From Octopus sinensis (lineage: Eukaryota): a DNA stretch of 49,453 nucleotides. Positions 1-11,259 of this stretch are shown here, in pieces (position 1 is the stretch's first letter; each line of letters begins with the position of its first letter). Below the pieces are notes generated by a model. The model was not told where the DNA came from. It did not search any database and saw nothing but the letters and a program-made list of their open reading frames with translations. Both the position numbers and the translations under genes were made by a program. The stretch lies in assembly GCF_006345805.1 (NCBI RefSeq), contig NW_021834336.1, forward strand, positions 1 to 49,453, in the 5' to 3' direction.

Positions 1-157
1 CATCGACCCCATTGCGTAATTGGTACTTAATTTATCGACCCCGAAAGGATGAAAGGCAAAGTCGACCTCGGCGGAATTTGAACTCAGAACGTAAACGGCA
101 GACGAAATACGGCTACGCATTTCGCCCGGCGTGCTAACATTTCTGCCAGCTCGCCGC
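1..157 (-). mobile_element. tRNA-headed SINE family A (Meta-domain-like core), cut by the window start
   Basis: Reverse complement of ggcggcgagctggcagaaacgttagcacgccgggcg...gttcaaattccgccgaggtcgactttgcctttcatcctttcggggtcgat, near-identical to the copies at 6721, 16854, 21625 and 23918. Confidence 0.85.
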
Positions 158-356
158 ATTTCTTCTAAATATTAATAAAAATATACACATACCTTTACTC
201 TGTAGATCATAAATAGTACCACTACCAAATACAGTCGTCGATTAGCCACAATACTGGAAGTGGAAGCTGGCTGGATAACGATAATCAGCATGGAGCTCTA
301 ACTCATTCAGTAGTATTCGTACATCTAACTGTACAACAAGATACGCTATCCGTTTA

Positions 357-600
357 GTGGAGGCGCGTGATGTAGATGTTAGGGTGTTGGACTCATGATT
401 GTAAGATTGTTGTTCCGATTCCTGGTCCAGGCTATGCGGTGTGCTCTTAAGCAAAACACTTTATTTCATGTTACTGCAGTCCACTCAGCTGGCCAAAAAG
501 GACTAATCCTTCGACGGACCGGCGTCTCCTCCAGGTGAGGAATGTATACGCCATGAAAACATGGAAACTAGCCCTTATGGGTTAGCATGACTCGCGAAGA
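357..600 (+). mobile_element. tRNA-headed CORE-type SINE family B (diverged)
   Basis: tRNA-like head, then gtgctcttaagcaaaacactttatttcatgttactgcagtccactcagctg (CORE-like) and the gacggaccggcgtc tail; homologous to 3371-3880. Confidence 0.75.
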
Positions 601-827
601 TTTGACTGTTGATGGTAGATACATATGTGATGACGTATTTGTTAATTGCGAGCCTTTTGTATATTGTGTTCTCGTGGTTCTAAGTTATCCTTCATTGAAT
701 TTCTGGTTCTCGTAGGGTTAAAATCGTTTCGAGGGTTTGTAAGATTATGGAGTCTTTGCCACACACACACACACACAAATATATGCATGCATATATATAT
801 GCGCGCGCACACACACGCACACATCAA

Positions 828-1044
828 CGAGGTGGGTGATGAAAAATTCCTGGCTTTGGGTAAAAGAAAATACAGGAGGATCAATTAATTATGATTTTAT
901 TTAACATATTCCCCGCTCAGATTATCACACTTATTGCAGTGATCCTTCAGTTCTTCTAAGCCCTATAAAAGAACTCGGAAGGTTGGGTCTCTAATCAAGC
1001 CTTTCGTGATACCCTTAAAGCCAGAAATTTTTCAGCAACCCTCG
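828..1044 (-). mobile_element. Internally deleted mariner element with TIRs and transposase C-terminus
   Basis: Imperfect TIRs cgaggtgggtgatgaaaaattcctggcttt and aaagccagaaatttttcagcaaccctcg, the right one followed by TA. The minus strand reads LETQPSEFFYR/GLEELKDHCNKCDNLSGEYVK* with one frameshift, the typical mariner transposase ending. Confidence 0.75.
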
Positions 1045-1061
1045 TATATATATATAAATAT

Positions 1062-1391
1062 AGGGCTAATGGTAGTTTTGAGGGCCCTAGTAAATGCCCC
1101 CTTGATAATCAGTGTCTAAAGAAGAATATAACATACAAATGTTTGGTAAAAGCACCTGAGGGTGTCTATTACTACATAGATGCTTCCACGTCGAAATTTA
1201 TGGCCTGAATACATAATCGCATTCACTCTTTTAAATACAAAACAAAAGAAAATAGTATCCCATTGACCAAGTTCAGCAGCGACCTCAAAGAAAACATAAA
1301 ATACTTTATTTTGTGGGCCATAATAGTTAGTGTTTTACCGTATGGGGGTGACAGTAGGAGATGTAACTCGTGCTTGGTGAGAAACATATAA
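1062..1391 (+). pseudogene. Penelope-like element GIY-YIG endonuclease remnant (Naiad-like)
   Basis: Frame from 1083 reads GPSKCPLDNQCLKKNITYKCLVKAPEGVYYYIDASTSKFMA*IHNRIHSFKYKTKENSIPLTKFSSDLKENIKYFILWAIIVSVLPYGGDSRRCNSCLVRNI*. This fits the CPL-C-IxY...YIG...F-R-NH-SF...W-I...PY...RCNLCL layout, with one internal stop. Confidence 0.75.
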
Positions 1392-1679
1392 ACAACTAAA
1401 TTGTAATTACAACTTAATTAACAAACATAACAAATTATTGATTCGTCATTGTCATTTATTTAGCAAAACAATCAAAGTTTCCACATTAAAATATGGATGT
1501 AAGATACGTTATTTAAAATTCTTCCTTTTTAATTAATCCACTATATAACTCAATATGGAATCCTTTCTTAACTAACTCAATCATTAATTTAATTTAATTA
1601 CTAAATTTCATTATCTACGATTCTTCCTATGAGAAAATAAGCTTGTATGGTCGGTTTCCCAGATTCTGTGTCGTATATG

Positions 1680-1856
1680 CATCCTCATGGACAGAACGCC
1701 GGTCTGTCGCGGTATTACTCATTTTCGTCAGCAGACTGGACTGGATCAATGTAAAATAAAGGGTTTTACTCAAGAACACAACGCATCACTCTGTCCGGGA
1801 ATCGAAACCACAATCTTATAACCATGGCTGCAACACCCGAGCCACTCGCTCCACCC
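1680..1856 (-). mobile_element. CORE-type SINE family B, diverged
   Basis: ctcaagaacacaacgcatc...ccgggaatcgaaaccacaatcttataaccatg is the reverse complement of the family B head and core. Confidence 0.65.
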
Positions 1857-1911
1857 TTCTTAATATACTTATTATGAAATATTAGTTACAAATGTTTGTT
1901 GTTGTTTGTTT

Positions 1912-2145
1912 CTTCTCGAGCCATGATTGGTTCATAAGGGCCGGTTTTCCGGTTTCATTGTCGTTGGTCCGTCTCAGGCGAGCTTCTAGATGCAGGAGGA
2001 GAGAGTGAGAGAAAGTTGTGACGAAAGAGTCAACATAAGTTCGCCATTACTTTCTGCTGGTGTTTCGCTAATAAACACACATCGCCCGGTCTGAGATTCG
2101 AAACCGCGAGTCTGCTGCTCAAACCACTAGGCCATGTTCCTCCAC
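1912..2145 (-). mobile_element. tRNA-Arg-like-headed SINE family E with tail 3
   Basis: Reverse complement of the E head (gtggttagggcagcggactcgcgg...cgattcccagaccgggcg) plus the gcatctagaagctcgcctgagacggacc tail; homologous to 9081-9355. Confidence 0.7.
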
Positions 2146-2162
2146 TAAGTTACAAATGTTTA

Positions 2163-2556
2163 CAAAATAACATTTACTCTTTTACTTGTTTCAGTCATTT
2201 GACTGCGGCCATGCTAGAGCACCGCCTTTTAGTCGAGCAAATCGACCCCAGGACTTATTCTTTGCAAGCCTGGTACTTATTCTATCGGTCTCTTTGCCAA
2301 CCGCTAGGTTACGGGAACGTAAACACACCAGCATCGGTTGTCAAGATATGTTGGGGCGACAAACACAGACACACATACATATATATATATATATACATAT
2401 ATAAGACGGTCTTCTTTCAGTTTCCGTCTACCAAATCCACTCACAAGGCTTTGGTCGGCCCGAGGATATAGTAGAAGACACTTGCCCAAGATGCCACGCA
2501 GTGGGACTGAACCCGGAACCAAGTGGTTGGTAAGAAACCACACAGCCACTCCTGCG
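2163..2556 (-). mobile_element. Full-length SINE family C-D (tRNA head, CORE-like core, internal (TA)/(CA)n, 3' tail)
   Basis: C part is ggagtggctgtgtgg...ttccgggttcagtcccactgcgtggcatcttgggcaagtgtcttctactata; D part is gacaaccgatgctggtgtgtttacg...gcagtcaaatgactgaaacaagtaaaagagta. Many copies in the window. Confidence 0.85.
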
Positions 2557-3208
2557 CATTTGATTTTTTGAAATTTGTTTCCCCAACTATTTCTACAAAT
2601 AATTTAGTTTAACGCTTCATACAATAGAATCTATTTTTATTTAATAGAATTCAATTTAATGCCTGTTAACATGACTTTTCTAAATAAAAATTAATGCCAT
2701 GTATTGTCAGAATATATCTTCCTTAAATTTTATTTAGCACTTCACTGTTGTATCAAACTACAAATCCATCCCTGTTATGGACCGCCACTAAATAAAGACA
2801 TTAAACGCAAATTAAAAATCTCTAGTTGCTGCTCCGCGCAGATTTCTATACACAAACGTTTGATAACATTTAACCTCTCTAAACATGAACTTTGTTGGAA
2901 GATAAGAACTAAGGGAATGTAATATGATGCGTACATTGTCTACTCACACAACCTAAGCAGCTGAGATTAGTAGTGTTTGGAAAATCTAACAGAGCAACTT
3001 TTGAGGTCCGTAGAGAAAACTTTGTGAGATGACTGTTCCAGTAGTTAATTGATTAATTGGTTATCTAATTGATTTAATTGATCGATTATGTGTAAAAACC
3101 ATTGTATGTTATATGTTCGGTTACGCAAGCTTTGCGAAACATATACCGCAAAGAAAGCCATTTAACACTTCATTCTTTGTCTGATTCAATACATAGTGTG
3201 TGTTGTGT

Positions 3209-3255
<47 letters not shown>

Positions 3256-3370
3256 GTGTGTGTATGAATGAATCTTCTCGGTTGCTGCGAGAAGCAAAAC
3301 AACACCAATCTTTGGAGCGTGTTCAATTGAGTATATGCATGTATATGTATGTACGTACGTATGTATGTAT

Positions 3371-3880
3371 GTGTGGAGGCGCGTGGCTTAGTGGTTAGGG
3401 TGTCAGCACCATGATCGTAAGATTGTGGTTTCGATTCCTGGACCGGGCGACGCGTTGTGTTCTTGAGCAAAACACTTCATTTCACGTTGCTCCAGTCCAC
3501 TCAGCTGCCAAAAATGAGTAACGCTGTGATGGACTGGCGTCCCGTCCAGCTGGGGTGCATATACACCATAGAAACCCGGAAACCGGGCCCATGATCCTGG
3601 CTAGGCTTTAAAAGGATGCATTAATTTGTGGAGGAACGTGGCTTAGTGGTTAGGGTGCCAGCACCATGATCGTAAGACTGTGGTTTCGATTCCTGAACCG
3701 GTGGACGCGTTGTGTTCTTGAGCAAAACACTTCATTTTCACGTTGCTCCAGTTCACTCAGCTGGTAAAAATGAGTAACGCTGCGATGGACTGGCGTCCCG
3801 TCCAGCCTGGGGAAACACATACGCCATGGAAATCGGGAAACCGGGCCCATGAGCCTGGCTAGGCTTTAAAAGGGCGCATT
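3371..3880 (+). mobile_element. Two tandem full-length family B CORE-SINEs (3371-3622, 3628-3880)
   Basis: Both copies have ggcttagtggttagggtg...ttcgattcctg (A/B boxes), gtgttcttgagcaaaacacttcatttcacgttgctccagt(c/t)cactcagctg, and a tail ending ggctaggctttaaaagg. Confidence 0.85.
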
Positions 3881-3987
3881 TATTTATTATTACGTATGTA
3901 TGTATCTGTATGTGTGTGAGTGCGTATTGCATTTATGTATACATTGGTATATATGTATGTGTATACATGCAACATTACATATATATT

Positions 3988-4019
<32 letters not shown>

Positions 4020-4539
4020 GCCGAATGGTTAAGTTCACTCGTAATCACAATAAGCCGATTCGATCCCACTGCTTGATATCTTAGGTAAATGCCACTTTCT
4101 TATAGCCTGAGGCCGACCTTATACCCTGGGAGTGAAACTGGGTCTCGGAAACTGTAGAGAAGCCCGTCTGATGGTTTGTACTGATGATTCAAAAACCGGT
4201 ATAACTTTGTCCCAATTGTCTCGCGCTGATCCAATCTAACGATTACATGAAGGATAACACATGTGTCTGTGTGTCTGTGGTATATTCAACCACTTACACA
4301 TTAATTCAGCGAACAATTTTTTCAGTTGGTCGAACAGCTGAATCCTCGTCGTCGTCGAATAACAGGGATCCACTACCACCAAACAACCCCACCACCACGA
4401 CCACCACCACACTACAACCTCCACTACCACCGGAACCACAATCCCACCACTTCCATCGTCGCCGCCACCACATAACCATGACTTCCACCACTAACACCGC
4501 CATTGCTAATACCACCACCACTATATATACATATATATA

Positions 4540-4990
4540 TAAATATATATTTAATGTAGGATAAAATTTTTTAGAAAAAAAATCTTATCAATGGCCAGCA
4601 TATTAAAAAATACCTTTAACGGTTAAAATTATAAACAACTTATAAGTAAGGGTAAACGAAAAAATTCCTAATGCCAAATATGCCGAAAATTGAACATAAT
4701 TGTCCATAACCATATAATTTTACCCAATACGCACGCTACTCGAAAAAAGCCGACAGAAATTTCTAAAAAATTCTATTATTACCATATCAGACCGATTTCA
4801 GGGTTAGTTCATAAGAACCCTCCCTTCGTCAGTGATAAATGTGGCAAAGAAATAAATGAAATACTTACTCATACCCATGGAAGAAGCAAAACACTTGGGT
4901 AAAATTATATGGTTATGGACAATTATGTCCAATTTTCGGCATATTTGGCATTAGAAATTTTTTCGTTTGCCCTTACTTATAAGTTGTATA
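4540..4990 (-). mobile_element. Fold-back PLE-derived element with hammerhead ribozyme
   Basis: About 90-bp inverted arms (4635-4725 and 4896-4987), (TA)n at both ends, and a type I HHR on the minus strand in the spacer. Confidence 0.7.
4785..4837 (-). ncRNA. Type I hammerhead ribozyme motif
   Basis: Minus strand: tatca|CTGACGA|aggg-agggttcttatgaactaa-ccct|GAAA|tcgg|TC|tgata. Stem I is 5 bp, stem II aggg/ccct, stem III minimal, and the cleavage triplet is GUC. Confidence 0.7.
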
Positions 4991-5700
4991 TAAATATATA
5001 TATATTTATAGAAATGAGAGTGTGGGCATGTGTGCATGTATGTGTGTGTGTGTGTGCATGTGTGTGCATCTGTGTGTGTGCGTATGTGTGTGTGAGTGTG
5101 TGTGTGTGTGTGGTGTGTGTGTGTGTGTGTCTGTGTGTGTCTGTGTTCCTTTGTGTTTACAAATCATCTACTGTGAAATGTCACCACAACCGTATATAAA
5201 GATATATAGATATGTGTGTCTTTATGTGCATGTTCTGTATGTGCGTGCGTGTGCGTGTATATATGTGTGTGTGTGTGTGTGTGTTCTTCTACATAAATCG
5301 TGTTCTATGTAATGTCGACCATTCATTCATTTATTTATTCCTTCCTTCATTTATTCTTCATGCTGTTATGTCGGATCACAATCCTACAGGTGAATGGTAG
5401 TCTTATTTATCCAGCTGAAAGCGGCCATATTGTCACAGGAAATAACATTGACGACCAGTTTAGCTTTCGTTTGGCTTTCGTTTGGTTATTAATTCTTCTA
5501 TTTACTCCGCTTACCTATATTTGTATGTTATCTTTTCCTTTTAGGCTTTTACATTTGGTTTGCTTTATTGTGGGAGGAGGGGGTGGAGTATTTCATACTT
5601 TTTTTGTGTGTTTTCTGGTAGATTTTTTTTTCTGTTTCTTAACCTCCTCCTCCTTTTCATCCTCTTAATTGCTTCTCCCGTTCTCAACAACAACGCATAC

Positions 5701-5716
5701 TTCAATTTTTTCGACG

Positions 5717-5774
<58 letters not shown>

Positions 5775-5790
5775 GTTGTTGTTGTTGTTA
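5701..5790. repeat. (TTA)n/(TTG)n microsatellite
   Basis: Directly visible triplet run. Confidence 0.9.
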
Positions 5791-5791
5791 T

Positions 5792-6152
5792 AGGCGCTGA
5801 AGTAGCTTGCTTACCAACCACATGGTTCCGGGTTCAGTCCCTCAGCGTGTCTTCTACTGTAGCCTCGGGCTGACCAAGGCCTCGTGAGTGGATTTGGTAG
5901 ACGGAAACCGAAAGAAGCCCGTCGTATATATATGTATATGTGTGTGTGTTTGTGTGTCTGTGTTTGTCCTGCCGACATCGCTTGACAACCGATACTGGTG
6001 TGTTTACGTCCCCGTAACTTAGCGGTTCGTCAAAAGCGACCGATAGAATAAGTATTAGGCTTACAAACAATAAGTCTTGGGGTCGATTTGCTCGACTAAC
6101 GGCGGTGCTCCAGCATAGCCGCAGTCAAATAACTGAAAAAGTAAAAGAGAGA
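5792..6152 (+). mobile_element. SINE family C-D
   Basis: Same C head, internal microsatellite and D tail as 2163-2556, with a small deletion in the core. Confidence 0.8.
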
Positions 6153-6503
6153 TTATTATTATTATTATTGTGTTGTTGTTGTTGTTGTGTTGTGTTGTTG
6201 TTTTACTTTTCAGACTCTCAGTCTTACATGTTCGGGTTGATTCTTTAAGAACAGACAGCAAACTGCTGTCATTGGTCTCACTAAGTCCCCTCCCGCAAAT
6301 TATATGCTTTGGTATCTGGATGTTAACTTACCGTGGAAGACACTCTGCACACCCAAGCACCAATCTCAAAACACTAGCTGTCCTTAATAGAGCAGTGTTT
6401 TGGGCCTGCTCTGCCCTCATGTTACCTCAACGGGGTCTTCTCAAAAAATAACATTCCATGACAGCTGTAGTCATCTTCTTAATCCATTTTGTTCTGGTAG
6501 CCG
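6153..6503 (-). mobile_element. Internally deleted R4/Dong-like non-LTR retrotransposon remnant with (TAA)n tail
   Basis: The minus frame reads ATRTKWIKKMTTAVMECYFLRRPR*GNMRAEQAQNTALLRTASVLRLVLG. An N-terminal KW...AVMECY motif is joined to a C-terminal QKTALLGTARILR-like motif, followed by a 3' UTR and (AAC)n/(TAA)n. Confidence 0.6.
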
Positions 6504-6621
6504 TATAATAACGGCTGGCTCATTATTTTAAAATGTGTCTGTATTTTTGTTTTTATGCCGATCTGTTTCTATTATTCCACCCGCTTCTGTCACTTTCAAA
6601 TTTTCCTTTCATGTAACAGTA

Positions 6622-6697
6622 CAGTGATTCTTCGTTTATCGCGGTAGATTGGTTCCGAGACCGGCGGCGATAACTGAATTTCCGCGATGTAGGGACA
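6622..6697 (+). mobile_element. Tigger/pogo-like DNA transposon left end
   Basis: TA|CAGTGATTCTTCGTTTATCGCGGTAGATTGGTTCC...GCGATAACTGAATTTCCGCGA resembles Tigger-type terminal sequences as I recall them; no right TIR seen. Confidence 0.5.
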
Positions 6698-6720
6698 CCA
6701 TATTTACAGTATTTATTTAA

Positions 6721-6941
6721 GGCGGCGAGCTGGCAGAAACGTTAGTACGCCGGGCGAAATGCGTGGCCGTATTTCGTATGTCGTTACGTTCTGAGTTCAA
6801 ATTCCGCCGAGGTCGACTTTGCCTTTCATCCTTTCGGGGTCGATTAAATAAGTACCAGTTACGCACTGGGGTCGATGTAATCGACTTAATCCGTTTGTCT
6901 GTCCTCTCTGTGTTTAACCCCTTGTGGATAGTAAAGAAATA
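6721..6941 (+). mobile_element. Full-length family A SINE with 13-bp TSD
   Basis: Flanked by agtatttatttaa at 6708-6720 and 6942-6954. Confidence 0.9.
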
Positions 6942-8077
6942 AGTATTTATTTAACGTATATTTGTACTTTTAAAACCCTCCCTGTACTGGTAACAACCCA
7001 CCCATTACAGTTGCCTATTAATAACAAGGACAACTGTTAAGCAATAACACTTTAGATTTTAAAAAATAAAGATTGTTATGGTACTCAACACGAAAGAAGA
7101 TGAAGTAAAAGTTTGACTTGTCGACCACCACTGAAATGAATGAACCTTATACATTCTAACAAATTAATATACAGTTTTAATTTCAAACTTACATCTGTTT
7201 TGAACATGATATTTTATCAACATTGAAATATTTTAATTTAATTTTGATTTGTCCACATTGAAATTTATAACGATGTTTTTACACTTTTACCATTGATAAA
7301 CAAAAAATATTGTTGAATCTAGTTTGGTACATATGTAAATCAATGTATTTTAAACATTCACGAGTTTTTGAAATTTGAGTGCATTTTCAGCAACACATTT
7401 TCCTATATATTTTTTCCTGAGTGGAAACACCACTCCCTCTTTTGCTATATATATATATATATATATATGTACGTATGTATATATACATCTATACATACAC
7501 ACGCCGTAACATTCTAAACACTTCATATCTATTAAATATCTCACACAAAGGCGGAGTTACCATAGAAGATATTTCCTTAGTGTGCTATCCAGAGGGGATG
7601 AACCCGGGCGGTTCCGACCACGCGGTTCCGATGCGCACTTCTTAAACACACACATCCGGGTATACGCTCTGTCACCTTAGGTGTGCTCTCACTCACCCCC
7701 TACCACGCCCTCTCACTCTCATGCTTTCATTGTTTGTTTCTCCTCCAACGTCAATCTCTCAATTCAAATTATGTGGATACGTGGTTGTACGTGAATGAAT
7801 CTGGATGTGATGTATATGTGGGCGTGTGCAGGTCAAAGTTCATTTCCTACTTTTAATCTTTACACCTCAACCTTTCTGTGTCATGTTATGTTATTTTAAT
7901 TTCTGCTACCATTCATGACACTCACACCAGCCAACCAACCAAACAACCAGCCAACCAACTATCCAACACCTTACTCCCGTATTGTAATTCCCTCTCACTC
8001 ATTTATTTATTCTTTCTCTCTCTCCCTTTCTCTCTCCCTTTCTCTCTCTCTCTCTCTCTCTCTCTCAATATATATAT

Positions 8078-8281
8078 ACTCTTTTACTTGTTTCAGTCAT
8101 TTGACTGCGGCCATGTTGGAGCACTGCCTTTAGTCGAGCAAATCGACCCCAGGACTTATTCTTTATAAGCCTAGTACTTATTCTACCGGTCTCTTCTGCC
8201 AAACCGCTAAGTTACGGGGACGTAAACTCACCAGCATCGGTTGTCAAGCAGTGTTGGGTGGACAAACACAGACACACATAT

Positions 8282-8334
<53 letters not shown>

Positions 8335-8478
8335 CATACGACGGGCTTCTTTCATTTTCCGTCTACTAAATCCACTCATAAGTCTTTGGTTGGCCCGAGG
8401 CTATTGTAGAAGACACTTGCCCAAGGTTACACGCAGTGGGACTGAACCCGAAACCATGTGGTTCGTAAGCATACAACC
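8078..8478 (-). mobile_element. SINE family C-D
   Basis: Near-full-length homolog of 2163-2556. Confidence 0.85.
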
Positions 8479-8529
8479 ACTCCTTCATATATAGATGTAT
8501 CTTTTTGTGTATGTACGTATGCGCGCACG

Positions 8530-8561
<32 letters not shown>

Positions 8562-8809
8562 CTCACGCACGTACGCATACGAATATATGTAACGCTTTGG
8601 ATACAACCTCAAATGCTACTATCCATACCTTCCTCCACTCATCCTTCCATCCATCCATCCATCCATACATACATACATACATACAGCACTGGATTAAACA
8701 TTTAAACAAAATAAGCTCGTGCTTAAGGCATCATGGGGATGAGGAGGGACCACAGAAATGAAAATGGTTTACGGCACGAAATAAATCACTTTAATCTTGC
8801 TGAAATAAT

Positions 8810-8930
8810 ATTCGTAATACCTTATCTCTACTAAGTATAGAAGTACAAGTTTTATGTAAAATTAATTTTAGCGATATCATTGAAGACTTTGCAATTAAAA
8901 AAAAAACGAAGGAGAAAACTTTTCAAATAT
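8810..8930 (+). pseudogene. hAT transposase C-terminal fragment
   Basis: Reads NTLSLLSIEVQVLCKINFSDIIEDFAIKKK, resembling the hAT C-terminal L-LLSIE...DII-DFA-KK motif; short. Confidence 0.5.
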
Positions 8931-9080
8931 AAAAAAAATGGAAGCATACAAAAATAAACACTATTTTCCATCTTACTGTACATTTTGTTTCATTTTGAAA
9001 AATAGAAATTTATTGAAGGTTTATTGTCGTTTACATTTTGAATTATTTTTTTTTACATTTTGAACCATTTACATATACTT

Positions 9081-9355
9081 GAGTGGTTAGAGCAGCGGAC
9101 TCGCGGTCGAGGAATCGCCGGTTCGAATCTCAGACCGGGCGATGTGTGTGTTTATGAGAGAAACACCTAAGCTCCACACGGCTCCGGCAGAAGGTAATGG
9201 CAAACTTCTGCTGACTCTTTCGCCACAACTTTCTCTCACTCTTTCCTCCTGCATCTTGCAGCTCACCTACGACGGACTGGCGCCCCGTCCAGGTGGGGAA
9301 CCTATACGCCAGGGAAACCGGCCCTAATGAGCTAGGCGTGGCTCGAGAAGGAACT
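9081..9355 (+). mobile_element. SINE family E with tail 3
   Basis: gagtggttagagcagcggactcgcggtcg...gttcgaatctcagaccgggcg head, then the gacggactggcgccccgtccagg tail shared with family B. Confidence 0.8.
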
Positions 9356-9892
9356 GACATATACTTGAGGACACCAAAACTTTTTAAGTGCTTAGGGCCT
9401 CTATGGCCCTTAATCCGGCCCTACATGCATGCATACATACATACATACATACATACATACATACATACATACATACATACATACATACATACATACATAG
9501 TGGCTGTATGTTACAAACAATGGCTTGTCGGCGATGCCAAGAAGTTCGAAAAGAAACAAGAGATAAATTTCTTCCTTCGTAATGAGGCGGGTGGGAGTCA
9601 TTTTGCGATTTCCTTCTCCGAGGATGACGTCAAATCGAAGGCTGGAGCGAAGACTTTCGCTCCAAGTTGCTGGATAGCCGTGACTCGGCTGAGTTCGCCC
9701 GCCCTTGGCACGTCTTGTCACCCTCTTTACTTGCATACATGTGTACATATATTACATTCATACACACGTATATTTCCGTCTTTCACATATAATCTTACTT
9801 ATTGACGACACAGTGACTTCAAGAATTCTGGCTTGGAAAGTTACGGCTTCCAATTTATTTAGTTGCGTTTGTGTAGTTGTGTATATATTTTA

Positions 9893-10283
9893 GAAAAACT
9901 TTTTGAAAATTTTCCCCAAAATCTTTTCAGAAATTTTTTCAAAATTTTCCCCAAAAATTTTTGAAAAACTTATTGAAAATTTTCCCAATAAATTTTTGAA
10001 AAATTCTCTGAAAATTTTCCCCAAAATTTTAGAAAAATTTTTTGAAAATTTTCCCAATAAATTTTTGAAAAATTTTTCGAAATTTTTCCCCAACATTTTT
10101 GAGAAATATTTTGAAAATTTTTTGAAAACTTTTCCCAATAAATTTTTTTAAAATTTTTGAAAATTTTAGAAAAATTTCCCAAACTTTGAAAAGAAAAAGT
10201 TATCGAAAATTTCCCAAACTTTTTGAAAAATTTTCGAAATTTTCCCCCAAAATTTTTGAAAACTTTAAAAATTTTTTGAAGAT
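9893..10283. repeat. A-tract/T-tract minisatellite (gaaaattttccccaaaattttt-like unit)
   Basis: Repeated aaaattttt/gaaaa/ttttcccc blocks with no stop codons over about 80-130 codons in several frames. Confidence 0.8.
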
Positions 10284-10311
10284 AAATATATACATATATA
10301 TAAATAGATAC

Positions 10312-10376
<65 letters not shown>

Positions 10377-10547
10377 TATAATACATACAGGTCCAGATAC
10401 TGCAACGGCTTGGGTCTCAGAGGACCACAGCTCTTTAACATATATAATCTTTAAAATTAATTAAGGGCAGAAATTGATATTAATCAATTAAAACCAGTGG
10501 CTTAGCATATTTTTAAAAAATCCGAAGATTAAAAATTGTTTTACATA

Positions 10548-10900
10548 CAAAATTTAGAGGACTGACCACTTAAAGTGGACAGTCTATATGCTAAACATAG
10601 ACGTCAAATCGCCATTACCTCGGTTGAGCGTTCTGTATCTAGATCTGGAAATTGTGTTTTATAAACAACAGACTATGCTGATGATCTTGCAGATGTTTGC
10701 GTGTCCATATACGTAAATATTAACAAGTGAAACCAATGGTACATAGGCAATCGTTTTTTATTCCGTATATTTTCATTTGTCTTGCTCATCTATAACTTTT
10801 GGCTTTTTGCTGAGATTTTTCTTGAGAATACATTCTTCGTGGTAATGGCGATTTGACGTCTATGTTTAGCATATGGGCTGTCCAATTTCTCTAAATTTTG
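10548..10900 (+). mobile_element. Fold-back PLE-derived element with hammerhead ribozyme
   Basis: TA|caaaatttagag...gacgtcaaatcgccattacc and ggtaatggcgatttgacgtc...ctctaaattttg|TA form inverted arms of about 60-70 bp around a central HHR. Confidence 0.7.
10673..10746 (+). ncRNA. Type I hammerhead ribozyme motif
   Basis: ctatg|CTGATGA|t-cttg...caag-t|GAAA|ccaatgg|TA|catag. Stem I ctatg/catag, stem II cttg/caag, stem III acca/tggt, cleavage triplet GUA. Confidence 0.75.
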
Positions 10901-11259
10901 TATATATATAATATGTATAATGATAGACTTCTTTTGGTTTCCATCAACCAAATCTCCTCCCGGTGCTTCGGTCAACCTGAGACTATAGATTGTTTTACGC
11001 ATTGTCACGCAGCAGGACTGAACCCAGAGCCATACTGTTGGAGTGCAAACTTCTTACCACACAGCCACACCCGCGCCTATTCACGATAATATTTTTGTTT
11101 CAGAAAATCCTGCGGGCCGCAGTTTGTTGTAAAACAATGTTATTCAATGTATCCTGCCGTTTGCAGAGCGATAAAACATACTTTAAACGAGATTTGGATG
11201 TTATTTATAGCAGGTTTAGCGGCCATGTTGATGCTCGTTCGCGATGGTATGATTAATGG

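Noticed and set aside
4690-4902. ORF with FVSDKCGKE...LTH resembling a C2H2 zinc finger
   Set aside because: It lacks the first Cys and correct spacing, and it is the antisense of the HHR-bearing spacer.
9890-10386. Lys/Phe/Ile-rich amphipathic ORFs on both strands
   Set aside because: The A/T-tract repeat rarely generates stop codons; this is a compositional artefact.
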